From positions 11,977 through 75,976 of the forward strand of contig JAGQVE010000014.1 of NCBI GenBank assembly GCA_020438105.1: a stretch of 64,000 nucleotides of DNA, written 5' to 3'. The notes under the pieces were generated by a model. The model was not told where the DNA came from. It searched no databases and saw only the letters and a list, made by a program, of their open reading frames with translations. Origin of the DNA: Bacteroidales bacterium. GTDB taxonomy: Bacteria > Bacteroidota > Bacteroidia > Bacteroidales > JAADJA01. Position 1 is the first letter of the stretch, and each line of letters begins with the position of its first letter. Positions 19,810 through 29,072 of this stretch are shown one piece after another. Position numbers and translations under genes: made by a program.

Positions 19810-21621
19810 ATGATGAAAAATATATTTCCAATTTTATTGCTGATCCTGAGTAATGTAATGTTTGCGCAAGAGGCAAAACATGATGCTACCTTTATTGAAA
19901 TTGTGCAGGAGTATACGCTCAATGAAGATGGCTCACAGGATTATCATTACTATAAAAAGTTTGAGCTCAATACCCATTTTAGCTTTAATCGGCTGTATGG
20001 CGAAACTTTTATCGTTTACAATCCGGAGCACCAGGAATTGAAAATCAATGAATCGAAAACGACCCACAAGGATGGTAAAGTCACCGAAGGTCCTTTTAAT
20101 TCTTTTAATGAGGTTTTACCAGGGTTTGCAAGTGATGCACCATACTATAATTACCTGCGTGAAATGGTTGTGACCCATCCCGGAACTGAAATCGGGGCGG
20201 TAATTGAGCTGGATTATTCAATTAATACTGAAGCTGGCTACCTTCCAGGCTTAATGGCCGACGAAATTCTGCCGGAAAGTTCACCCGTTCAGAAAAAAGT
20301 GATTATTATAAAAATACCGGTTAGCAAAACGCTGCATTACAAAGTATTCAACCTGAGAACAGCCCCTGAGATTGAAGAACAAGGTAACTATAGAATTTAC
20401 AAATTCACCTTTGGCGGACTCGCAGAATTGAGTCATGAAAGTCATCAACCGGCACACGACTCTCACCTGCCCCGATTGATATTCAGCACCCTGACCTGGG
20501 AAGAAGCGTTTAATGCCACTTATGATAAGATGATGCCAACGGATAAATCTAATCAAAAGATGGAGGAAATGGTTACCGGATTGCGGAAGGAAAATAAATA
20601 TGACCTGCCTTTTATTCTTAAGCTTAATAAAGCTGTGGCCGAGGATGTAAACAATTACAACGTATCACCCTATTATAATGGCTATCGTTCTCGCACACCC
20701 ATCGAAACCTGGGAAAGTAACGGTGGAACTGCTTTTGAGAAAAGCTATTTACTGACCGCCCTGCTCAGAGATGCTGGTATCAATGCCGATCCGGTTCTGG
20801 TTGTTCCTACCCATTTCTATGATCCTGAGATTGGCTGCTTGCCCCTGATCGGAGAAGTGCTTGTTCAGGCAAGTCCCAGGGAACTGGAGCAAATGTATTT
20901 GTCGGCTACACATGAAGCATCACAAAACAAGGTGTTTGAAATGAATGGAAACACTTTAATCACGCTTCGTCCGGATAAACCTGCTTATGAAAACATTGCT
21001 GCAAAATTTGAAAATAAAGTGGTTACAAATGGCACACTTATCCTTGATGATTCTATGAAATGTAGCGGCAACATTGAGTTTTTATTAACCGAAGCGATGA
21101 ATCCGTATTACAAACTGGAAAATGATAGCGCAGCAGCCAAAGATATAATTTCGGGCTTTACCGGAAAGGAAATTGCAGATGCAAAAATCATCAATAACGC
21201 GCAATATCGCTCACTTTGCAATTTAAAAGTGATGGCTAAAAAACCATTGCATAAGCAGGCTAACTATTACTTTTTCGAATTACCCGAAAATAAAAATGGA
21301 ACCTCAGCCTGGCACATCAATTATTTGAGTAACGAAAGAAATACTCCTTTCCAGGTTCCGGATGTAATTAATGAGCAATACAGCTATGATATTTCAGTAC
21401 CTGATAATACGAGGTTGGTGAACCCGATAGAGCTCACTGAAATGAAAACGCCTTTTGGTGAACTTGTTTTATCAACCCAGCAAAAGGGAAATAAAATAAC
21501 CGTTAAAAGGATGCTGTTGATCAAACAAACCGAAATCTCGCAAGAGTTTTATCCTGATTTCAAAAAAATGATGGACTTGTGGAATGAGGGAAATTTCAGG
21601 AAGTTGGTTTTAGCAAGATAA
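19810..21621 (+). CDS. DUF3857/DUF3858-like protein, transglutaminase-like fold lacking the catalytic Cys
   Basis: Signal peptide. The region aligning to the neighbour's core reads GGTAFEKSYLLTALLRDAG, with no Cys. It lies 18 nt downstream of the previous gene. Confidence 0.6.
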   Translation: MMKNIFPILLLILSNVMFAQEAKHDATFIEIVQEYTLNEDGSQDYHYYKKFELNTHFSFNRLYGETFIVYNPEHQELKINESKTTHKDGKVTEGPFNSFNEVLPGFASDAPYYNYLREMVVTHPGTEIGAVIELDYSINTEAGYLPGLMADEILPESSPVQKKVIIIKIPVSKTLHYKVFNLRTAPEIEEQGNYRIYKFTFGGLAELSHESHQPAHDSHLPRLIFSTLTWEEAFNATYDKMMPTDKSNQKMEEMVTGLRKENKYDLPFILKLNKAVAEDVNNYNVSPYYNGYRSRTPIETWESNGGTAFEKSYLLTALLRDAGINADPVLVVPTHFYDPEIGCLPLIGEVLVQASPRELEQMYLSATHEASQNKVFEMNGNTLITLRPDKPAYENIAAKFENKVVTNGTLILDDSMKCSGNIEFLLTEAMNPYYKLENDSAAAKDIISGFTGKEIADAKIINNAQYRSLCNLKVMAKKPLHKQANYYFFELPENKNGTSAWHINYLSNERNTPFQVPDVINEQYSYDISVPDNTRLVNPIELTEMKTPFGELVLSTQQKGNKITVKRMLLIKQTEISQEFYPDFKKMMDLWNEGNFRKLVLAR

Positions 21622-21638
21622 TTTTTAAGCAATAAAGT

Positions 21639-21682
21639 AAAACAGCATTACTCTATTTCGAATAATGCTGTTTTATTTTTTT
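21639..21682. terminator. Bidirectional rho-independent terminator between convergent genes
   Basis: 12-bp perfect stem AAAACAGCATTA/TAATGCTGTTTT with a 12-nt loop. There is a T-run on the + strand and an A-run upstream (a U-run for the minus-strand transcript). Confidence 0.8.
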
Positions 21683-22157
21683 AGAGACTCTTTATTACTT
21701 TGCTGAGTTTATCGGCAACTTCGCCGGCAGTTTCATCCAGTTTCTCATTCCCCAGCATCTTCATCATCATCTCTGGGTTGGCTGCAACCACCTCAATAGT
21801 CCCTTCTTTCAATTGTTTCAAAATTACCTTGCATGGTAAAAACACGCCAATATTCGGTTCGGCCTGTAAGGCTTTATAAGCCGATCCTGCGTGGCAAACA
21901 CCCAGTATCATATAGGGTTCAATATCCACATCTATTTTCGATTTCAGCGTTTTAGCCATGTCCACTTCGGTAATCACACCAAATTTTTCAGCTTTTAAAG
22001 CTTCAACAACTTTATGATAAACCTCGTCCATGGTTCCGTTCACCTGCTTTGAAATGTAAATATCATTGGCATTATGCATCGGTGCAGCCTCGTTTTGTCC
22101 TATAAGGGTTGATGTTGCTGCAAACATCAATACAAATAATAATTGAATAGTTCTCAT
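21681..22157 (-). CDS. DUF302 domain protein (secreted)
   Basis: Signal peptide plus the DUF302-like core (FGVITEVDMAKTL ... YMILGVCHA ... FLPCKVIL). Confidence 0.7.
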   Translation of the reverse strand: MRTIQLLFVLMFAATSTLIGQNEAAPMHNANDIYISKQVNGTMDEVYHKVVEALKAEKFGVITEVDMAKTLKSKIDVDIEPYMILGVCHAGSAYKALQAEPNIGVFLPCKVILKQLKEGTIEVVAANPEMMMKMLGNEKLDETAGEVADKLSKVIKSL

Positions 22158-22256
22158 TTTTGATTATTTAGTGATAAATTATTTAGCGCTTAAATATCAC
22201 TAACAAAAAAAGAACCAAATTGTTAAAATTGTCAATGTGGCAAAGGTATATGAGAT

Positions 22257-22335
22257 TCATCCGATGAAATAGTGCTATTAATCATCCGATTACATAGATC
22301 TATTAATCATCCGATGACTTGAAGTCATCGGATGA
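22257..22335. promoter_or_regulatory. Phased TCATCCGAT array ending in a 29-bp perfect palindrome (candidate operator or structured element)
   Basis: TCATCCGAT occurs at 22257, 22282 and 22307, exactly 25 bp apart. TCATCCGATGACTT-G-AAGTCATCGGATGA spans 22307-22335. The site lies between the GDCCVxC stop and the DUF302 start. Confidence 0.55.
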
Positions 22336-22355
22336 ATTAAAATATCGAGGAATTA

Positions 22356-22562
22356 CTACCCACAACATCCAGTTTGCTCCGGCGGGCACTTCTCTGAACC
22401 ATACGAACAAAACACACAGCAATCGCCTTTTTTGGGTTTTAACAAAACATGACAGTTTATGCATTCATAAAAGAACAGGCAGGTGTCGGTGGGCATTACT
22501 TCTTCCTTTTGAAAGCCGCACTCGGGGCAGGTTATCACTGATTTTGTTGCTAATGTTTTCAT
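22356..22562 (-). CDS. GDCCVxC-domain small Cys-rich metal-binding protein
   Basis: 68 aa with CPECG, CINC, the literal GDCCVFC motif and a C-terminal CCG. It is preferred over the antisense ORF 22319-22567. Confidence 0.7.
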   Translation of the reverse strand: MKTLATKSVITCPECGFQKEEVMPTDTCLFFYECINCHVLLKPKKGDCCVFCSYGSEKCPPEQTGCCG

Positions 22563-22583
22563 ATTGACTCATTTATTTCTTTA

Positions 22584-22650
22584 GCCACATATTTCACAGA
22601 TTAACACAGATTATTTAAACGCTGTAAATGACACAGATTGTATTGATTTT
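22584..22650. repeat. CACAGAT-unit repeat cluster (direct units only)
   Basis: GCCACATATTTCACAGATTAACACAGATTA ... ACACAGATTG, lying between the DsrE-like and GDCCVxC genes. Confidence 0.6.
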
Positions 22651-22698
22651 TTTACACCCAACAACAAGATACCTTAGGAAGTTAAAGGTCGTTTGTGA

Positions 22699-23019
22699 TT
22701 AAAAAGTGATCACTTTGTCGGCCCATTCCACCATGTTAAGGCAGTCCACCATATTCGACATGGGGCATGCTTCTGATGCCTCCAGTTTCCGGGATTTTAA
22801 ACAGGTGCCACAAGCCATGATCTCACCACCTATTTCGTAAAACTCTTCCAGTTTCTCGGCAACGTTGTATTTTTCGTGGATCAAACCTTCGCATTCCACT
22901 GCCTCTCCCATCAGGAAAACTTTTACATCATTTCCCTGGGTTCTGGCCGTAATGGCAAACCGGAAAGCATTCCAGGCTTTTTCGTATTCTTTGGTTTCTA
23001 AGATAATTCCGAATTTCAT
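22699..23019 (-). CDS. DsrE/DsrF-like family protein
   Basis: MKFGIIL... start (ATG 23019), DsrE-like size, and C-terminal CGTC. The 13-codon upstream extension in the ORF track only translates an intergenic repeat. Confidence 0.65.
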   Translation of the reverse strand: MKFGIILETKEYEKAWNAFRFAITARTQGNDVKVFLMGEAVECEGLIHEKYNVAEKLEEFYEIGGEIMACGTCLKSRKLEASEACPMSNMVDCLNMVEWADKVITF

Positions 23020-23044
23020 TGTACAAATTTTAGATTTTTTATTA

Positions 23045-23133
23045 GCCACAGATTGCACAGATTACCCAGATTAAATATTAACACTAATTTTTTTCTTTCC
23101 CAATTATCTGTGCAAATCAGTGTAATCTGTGGC
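23045..23133. repeat. Imperfect inverted repeat built from CACAGAT units (about 29-nt arms, about 30-nt spacer)
   Basis: GCCACAGATTGCACAGATTACCCAGATTA (23045-23073) faces TTATCTGTGCAAATCAGTGTAATCTGTGGC (23104-23133). It lies between the TolC stop and the DsrE-like start. Confidence 0.8.
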
Positions 23134-23140
23134 AATACTC

Positions 23141-24319
23141 TCAATAATATACCTTCCTCAATTCAGCCTCCAGCAAAAGTAAGTCTTTCCTGAATTCCAG
23201 CAAGCTCACCAGGGTTTGATAGTAAAAGTCCGATTCATAATAGTAATCGGTTAAGGTAATTTCCCCTGCTTCCATGGCTTGTCTTAGCAATGCTTCATCA
23301 TTCGATTCCGATAACACTTGTTCCATATCCTTTACCCGGTCCTGTAGCATTAGCAATTGATCGTACTTCTGCCTGATCTCGTTTTCCTTCTCCTGCCAGA
23401 AGCGTTCGGCATCCGATTGGGCATAGATCACTTTTGCTTTGGCTGTTTTAACCGCCCTGGCATTTTCCCAAAGGGGAATGGAAATACCGGCCTGTACGCC
23501 CTGGAACTTTTCTCCCACAACACTTTCGGAATAGTACCCGGCTGAGAGTTTGGGCAATTTTTTGTTAAAAACCACATCCACTTCCTTCGACTTCCTGTCA
23601 ACTTCCGTTTGATAGATCTGATTCAGGTATCCGCTCTCATAATCCGAAAGCAAGGTATCCGGATTCAAAGCCATTTGCAGGGGCCAGACAGTATCGTTGA
23701 TCGTCACCGGAATATTCCCCGTCAGGTTCATCAATCGGGCATTATTCTCTGTGAATCGCTGCTCCAACCGGCTGATCTCATTCTTAAGGGCTACCACCTT
23801 CATCCTCGACTGGTTGAGCTGCAACTGGTTCGACTCACCGGTCTCCAGCTTGCGTTCATAACTTTGGAGGACAGTTTCAGCATAACTCAACCGTCTTTCA
23901 AGGATCGATCTCACTTTGTTGAGATGAACCTGCAGGATCCAGGCCTGACGTGCTTTTAGGATCACCTCCTGGCGGGTCGCCTCAAATTGCAGTTGAGCCT
24001 GCTCCTTTGTGATGTCCGACAGCTTATTTTGGGATGAATAAACCGTCGGGAAATCAAACGACTGTGAAACAGCAAAATCGGTCCGGTTGCCAATTACATC
24101 CGGAGTTCCCCACATGTAGCCGTATTCCACTTCGGGGTTGGGCGGCGTAAGGCCTGTGGAAGCTTCCAGTTTTCTGGCTTCTAGCAGGTGTCCGGCATTG
24201 ATCAGCACCGGGTTGTTTTGCTCAACCTTGCTGAGCAAACTGTCGAGGGATTCCTGTGCAGAAAGGGAAAAGCCGATCCACACAAGCAGTATCAAAATGA
24301 TCTTATTTTTTTGTTTCAT
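23141..24319 (-). CDS. TolC-family outer-membrane efflux protein (CzcC-like)
   Basis: Signal peptide and coiled-coil-rich OEP repeats. It overlaps the RND pump gene's stop by 17 nt. Confidence 0.8.
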   Translation of the reverse strand: MKQKNKIILILLVWIGFSLSAQESLDSLLSKVEQNNPVLINAGHLLEARKLEASTGLTPPNPEVEYGYMWGTPDVIGNRTDFAVSQSFDFPTVYSSQNKLSDITKEQAQLQFEATRQEVILKARQAWILQVHLNKVRSILERRLSYAETVLQSYERKLETGESNQLQLNQSRMKVVALKNEISRLEQRFTENNARLMNLTGNIPVTINDTVWPLQMALNPDTLLSDYESGYLNQIYQTEVDRKSKEVDVVFNKKLPKLSAGYYSESVVGEKFQGVQAGISIPLWENARAVKTAKAKVIYAQSDAERFWQEKENEIRQKYDQLLMLQDRVKDMEQVLSESNDEALLRQAMEAGEITLTDYYYESDFYYQTLVSLLEFRKDLLLLEAELRKVYY

Positions 24320-27300
24320 GATCGTTCTTTTTTTGAATGATGTAATATACCGCCGGGATCACAAACAGGTTGAGCAATGTCGAGGTAAACAAACCGCCCA
24401 GGATCACGATGGCCATGGGGCTCTGGATTTCATTGCCCGGTTTGCCACCGCTCAGTGCCAGCGGAATAAGTGCCAATCCCGAGGCTAACGCAGTCATCAG
24501 GATGGGATTTAATCGGTCGGATGAACCCCGTTGGATGATCTCCACCAATGAAAATTGTTGTTCTTTTGCCAGATTCTGGAATCGCGAAACCAGCAGGATC
24601 CCGTTCCGTGTGGCAATGCCAAAGAGGGTGATAAACCCGATGATCGCCGGAATGCTCAACATATCCGAGGTAAACCAAATGGCCAGCACGCCACCGATCA
24701 CCGCCAGCGGCAGGTTGATCAGCACCAGTCCGGCCAGGGTGGCACTCTTGAATTCCTGGTAGAGGATCACATAAATAATGATAATGGCCAGGATGGAAGT
24801 AAACAAAAGTAACCGTGATGCTTTGCTGGCGCTTTCAAACTGGCCGCCATAGCGGATAAAATAGTTCTCGGGGAGTGTCACATCCTGATCGATCGTCTCT
24901 CTTACCTCATCCACCACACTGCCCACATCACGGCCGGACACGTTGGCCGAGATCACGAGTTTACGCTGGACATTCTCGCGGTTGATGGTGTTGGGTCCGG
25001 AAAAAGAAACCACATCGGCCACAAAACTGAGCGGGATCTTCTCTCCCCGGTAAGTATCGATATACGCATTGCGGATCGCATCAATGTCATCGCGAAAAAC
25101 TTCCTTATAGCGCAACACCAGCGGGAAGTTGAGATTATTCTCATACACCTCCGAAACCTTTTTTCCGGCGATGGCGGTTTCCACATATTCCACAAAGCGG
25201 TTCATCGGTATGCCGTATCGGGCCAGCATTTCGCGGCGAGGCCGAATCTGAATCTGCGGAATCTCCACCAGTTGCTCCACATTCAGATCCACGAGTCCGT
25301 CAATCCCTTCAATTCTCCCCTTGATCTCGTTAGCGAGGTTGTACATGGTAGTCAAATCGGTACCGAACACCTTAATGGCGATATTGGCCCGCGTCCCGGA
25401 GAGCATATGGTCGATCCGGTGGCCCAAGGGCTGGCCGATGTTGATGCTGATTCCGGGAATGCCCGAAAGCCTGTCCCTTACCTCTTCCATGAATTCATCT
25501 TTTGAGCGCTCATCCAAAACGTATGGCACATCGATTTCTGAAGAGTTGCTGCCGCCATGACTGTGTTCATTCAATTCAGCACGTCCGGTTCTTCTGCTGA
25601 CGTACTTCACTTCCGGGATTTGCATCAATTCCTCATCAATCTTTGAGGTGATCCGGTTGCTTTCATCGATGGAAATGCCCGGTTGACTGACGGTGGTAAT
25701 TGTCAGCGTTCCTTCGTTAAATTCCGGCAAAAAGCTCCTCCCGAAACCGCTGAAAATGATAATAGCTCCCACCAATAAGATTATTGAAATGCCAATGATT
25801 GCTTTTCGGTAACGGATCACCGATGCAAGACTGGCCGCATAAAGGCCGTTGAGTTTTTGAACTACCTTGTTCCGGCCCCGGTCATCAGCTTTGAGTTGTT
25901 TATCGGTAACCAACAAATAACTTGACATGACCGGTGTGAGTGTGATCGCCACCAACAGTGAGGCGAACAACGAAACGATGAAAGTGAGTCCCAGCGGTAC
26001 CAGCATGCGCCCTTCCATTCCTGAAAGGAAAAAGAGGGGGATAAAAGCCACGATGATGATCAGGGTGGCCTGCACGATGGAAGAGCGGATCTCCACCGAC
26101 GCCCTGTAGATCACGGCCAGCGGATTTTCCCTTTCTTTGGGTGGCCGGCGATGGTTCTGTTTCAATCGCTTCAGCACATTCTCCACGTCGATGATGGCAT
26201 CATCCACCAGCACCCCAATGGCAATGGCCATCCCACCTAACGACATGGTGTTGAGGGTCAGTCCAAGCAATTGCAGGGTAATGAGGGAAAGCAAAAGTGA
26301 AAGCGGAATGGCGGTCAACGAGATCACCGTCGTTCTCAGGTTCAGCAGGAAAAGGAACAACACGATACTCACAAAAATCCCACCTTCCAGCAAAACGCGC
26401 AGCACATTGTTCACCGCCGTATCAATAAAATCGGCCTGCCTGAAAATATGGGAATTGAGGTGAATATTTTCCGGTAAAAAGGTGGAAAGCTGTTCCATTG
26501 CTTCGTCGATATCTTCCGAAAGGGTCAGCGTATTGGTGTTGGGCTGTTTCAGCACGGTCATGATCACAGCTGGTTTTTCATCCAGGAAAGCTTCGCCGAT
26601 GATGGGTGAATGGCCCACCGTCACCCTGGCCACATCCGAAATTTTGATCGGCTTGCCATCTTTCACTTTTACCACTGAATTGCCGATTAAAGCGGTATCT
26701 GTCGAACGTGCCGTTGCCCGGATGATGTATTCCTGTCCGTGTTCGTTGATAAACCCGCCGGATGCATTGGAATTGGTATGTTCCGAAGCAGTCAGTAACT
26801 CATCAAGACTCACATCGAAATATTGCATTTTGAATGGATCGGCCAAAATCTGGTATTGCTTGGGCAATCCGCCGATGATCACAACCTGCGACACACCGGT
26901 TACCGATAACAACTGCTGTTTGATCTGCCGCTCAGCGATGGTCCTCAGCTCGAACATCGACAGCGAATCGGAGGTGACCGAGATCAGCATGATCTCACCC
27001 ATGATGGATGTTTGGGGTGCCAATACCGGCGATTCCACATTTTCGGGTAGCTGTGTGCCGATGATCGACAACTTCTCACTCACGATCTGCCTTGCTTTAT
27101 AAATATCGGTTCCCCAGTCGAATTCCACCCACACGATCGACATGCCAAAAGAGGAGGTCGAGCGGACACGACGTACATCTGTGGCGCCGTTCATGGCCGA
27201 TTCAATGGGAAATGAAACCAGCTTTTCAACCTCTTCGGCAGCCATGCCGTGGGCATCGGTCAGAATAGCCACTGTGGGTGCAGTGAGATCGGGAAAAACA

Positions 27301-27410
27301 TCGATCTCGACCCGCGTAGCCGTGTAGATGCCTCCCACCAACAAGATCACCGAAAGGAAGATGATCAGTTGCCGGTTGTCGAGCGAATATTTGATCATTC
27401 TGTTAATCAT
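24303..27410 (-). CDS. CusA/CzcA-family heavy-metal efflux RND permease
   Basis: 1035 aa with 12-TM RND architecture. Typical HME motifs are present (AIGVLVDDAIIDVEN; GFITLFGIATRNGILL). Confidence 0.95.
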   Translation of the reverse strand: MINRMIKYSLDNRQLIIFLSVILLVGGIYTATRVEIDVFPDLTAPTVAILTDAHGMAAEEVEKLVSFPIESAMNGATDVRRVRSTSSFGMSIVWVEFDWGTDIYKARQIVSEKLSIIGTQLPENVESPVLAPQTSIMGEIMLISVTSDSLSMFELRTIAERQIKQQLLSVTGVSQVVIIGGLPKQYQILADPFKMQYFDVSLDELLTASEHTNSNASGGFINEHGQEYIIRATARSTDTALIGNSVVKVKDGKPIKISDVARVTVGHSPIIGEAFLDEKPAVIMTVLKQPNTNTLTLSEDIDEAMEQLSTFLPENIHLNSHIFRQADFIDTAVNNVLRVLLEGGIFVSIVLFLFLLNLRTTVISLTAIPLSLLLSLITLQLLGLTLNTMSLGGMAIAIGVLVDDAIIDVENVLKRLKQNHRRPPKERENPLAVIYRASVEIRSSIVQATLIIIVAFIPLFFLSGMEGRMLVPLGLTFIVSLFASLLVAITLTPVMSSYLLVTDKQLKADDRGRNKVVQKLNGLYAASLASVIRYRKAIIGISIILLVGAIIIFSGFGRSFLPEFNEGTLTITTVSQPGISIDESNRITSKIDEELMQIPEVKYVSRRTGRAELNEHSHGGSNSSEIDVPYVLDERSKDEFMEEVRDRLSGIPGISINIGQPLGHRIDHMLSGTRANIAIKVFGTDLTTMYNLANEIKGRIEGIDGLVDLNVEQLVEIPQIQIRPRREMLARYGIPMNRFVEYVETAIAGKKVSEVYENNLNFPLVLRYKEVFRDDIDAIRNAYIDTYRGEKIPLSFVADVVSFSGPNTINRENVQRKLVISANVSGRDVGSVVDEVRETIDQDVTLPENYFIRYGGQFESASKASRLLLFTSILAIIIIYVILYQEFKSATLAGLVLINLPLAVIGGVLAIWFTSDMLSIPAIIGFITLFGIATRNGILLVSRFQNLAKEQQFSLVEIIQRGSSDRLNPILMTALASGLALIPLALSGGKPGNEIQSPMAIVILGGLFTSTLLNLFVIPAVYYIIQKKNDHETKK

Positions 27411-27422
27411 ATCTTCCTCCTT

Positions 27423-28931
27423 TTAATGTTGATGATTGTGGGCAGGTAATGCAGCCGAAGTAGCCGTTTTGACCAGCATGGCACCTTCGGTAACGATCCG
27501 TTCACCGGGTTGAAGTCCTGAAGCGATCGCAGCATGAATACCATCGGTAGCCTCAATAGCTACTGCACGCTTTTCGTAGGATTCACCGCTCACCTGCACA
27601 TACACAAAATAATTTCCCTGCTCTTCGATCAGTGCAGTCATCGGGATAACGATCCTGTCCGGTTCGGGATCGGTTTTCAGGAAAAACTCGGCAAAAGCGC
27701 CTTCCAGTAGGGTTCCATCGTTCACCACCTCGAAGTAAACAGGTAGATAGTGATTGTTTTCCGCAACGGAAGCACCTCGTGCCATTAACCTGCCCGACAG
27801 TTCTTCCAGCGTATAAACTTTATGTGTATAAGCCGGGCGAAATGTGGTTGTGGTTACTTTGTCAAGAACTCCATAAAACTGTTGTGGCACATCGGCGCGG
27901 AGCAGTATCACCCGGTTGGTAGAGATGGTGGCCATGAGATTGCCTGGCGAGACAAATGCCCCCTCCGAAACATTGAGCTCATGCAGGTAACCGCTCATCG
28001 GGGCACGCACCTTCATGCCGCAAGTGCCAACGGTTTCTTTCAAAGAATAGTAGCGGATACTATCGTTGAAGTACCGGCTTTGGGTTTCGAGGAACTGTCT
28101 TTCAGAAATGATGTTTTCCGTAAGCAATCTCTGATGCCGTTCTAAATCGGCTTTGCTTTTTTCAAAATTTGTTTTTGCCTCGCTGAACTGAACCGCGATG
28201 TTGTTGTTGGCCAAACCTTCACCGCTGAGCGTAAAGAGCACTTCGCCCTTTTGCACATGTTTTCCTTGCACAAGATCTTTGGATCCAAACAAAACCACCC
28301 CCTGCGATTTAGCTGTCACACTCTGTTTTTCTCCCGGCATGGCCAGAAACTCGCCACTTGCCTTGATCACATGTGCAAAAGAATCGGTCCTGACTTCAGC
28401 CACATTGAACCGGCTTTTCCAGGCCTGTTCTTTGGTGTAGCGTACATAACTACCTGAACTTTCCTCCACATGATGGTCAGTTTCTCCTTTGGCAAGGACA
28501 TGAACCTCAGTATCCAGAATATCAGAGCCGGAATTGCTTTGGATAATGAAATTCAGAAAGGCATCACCTGCTTTTTCAGGAGTCAGGGTAAGATTGAAAA
28601 TTCCGGCAACCTTAGCAGGCACAGCAGTTTCCTGTTGATCTCCGTCATTAAACATAAGTTTTACCTTCACCTGTCCGTCTGCAAATGCGGAATATTCGGC
28701 ATCCAGCTTTGTAATATGGATCAGGAAATTACTTGGTTCGCCCTGGTGGAGCGCCCCATACTCGGTAAAAATTTCATAATTTTTAGAATAGAGGGTAACG
28801 GATCGGGTCTCCTCGTGGGTACCCTCCGTTTCCTCCTCATGCAATTCACCGGATTGCATTTCACCACTTTCCTGGTGTTCGCAGGAAATAAAAAGCACGG
28901 CCAGTAACAGTGCCAATGACAATTTCTTCAT
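27423..28931 (-). CDS. Efflux RND periplasmic adaptor (CzcB/CusB-like) with extended N-terminal domain
   Basis: Lipobox FISC, HlyD-like hairpin/barrel segments, and a C-terminal His-rich tail (PAHNHQH). It lies 12 nt upstream of the pump gene. Confidence 0.85.
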   Translation of the reverse strand: MKKLSLALLLAVLFISCEHQESGEMQSGELHEEETEGTHEETRSVTLYSKNYEIFTEYGALHQGEPSNFLIHITKLDAEYSAFADGQVKVKLMFNDGDQQETAVPAKVAGIFNLTLTPEKAGDAFLNFIIQSNSGSDILDTEVHVLAKGETDHHVEESSGSYVRYTKEQAWKSRFNVAEVRTDSFAHVIKASGEFLAMPGEKQSVTAKSQGVVLFGSKDLVQGKHVQKGEVLFTLSGEGLANNNIAVQFSEAKTNFEKSKADLERHQRLLTENIISERQFLETQSRYFNDSIRYYSLKETVGTCGMKVRAPMSGYLHELNVSEGAFVSPGNLMATISTNRVILLRADVPQQFYGVLDKVTTTTFRPAYTHKVYTLEELSGRLMARGASVAENNHYLPVYFEVVNDGTLLEGAFAEFFLKTDPEPDRIVIPMTALIEEQGNYFVYVQVSGESYEKRAVAIEATDGIHAAIASGLQPGERIVTEGAMLVKTATSAALPAHNHQH

Positions 28932-29072
28932 TTTATAAAAAATTAAAAAATATTAATAAAGCTTTGTAGAAAAATAAAGTGTTCCCTGATCGAAAGTATA
29001 AATGCAACCAGATACTGCCAGAAACGAACCGGTCAGATCTATTTGATTAAAATTCAGGAAACTAAAGAAATG

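Noticed and set aside
22319-22567. 82-aa + strand ORF opposite the GDCCVxC gene.
   Set aside because: The minus-strand product has a dense, family-typical Cys pattern including the literal GDCCVFC motif. The + strand translation has no features.
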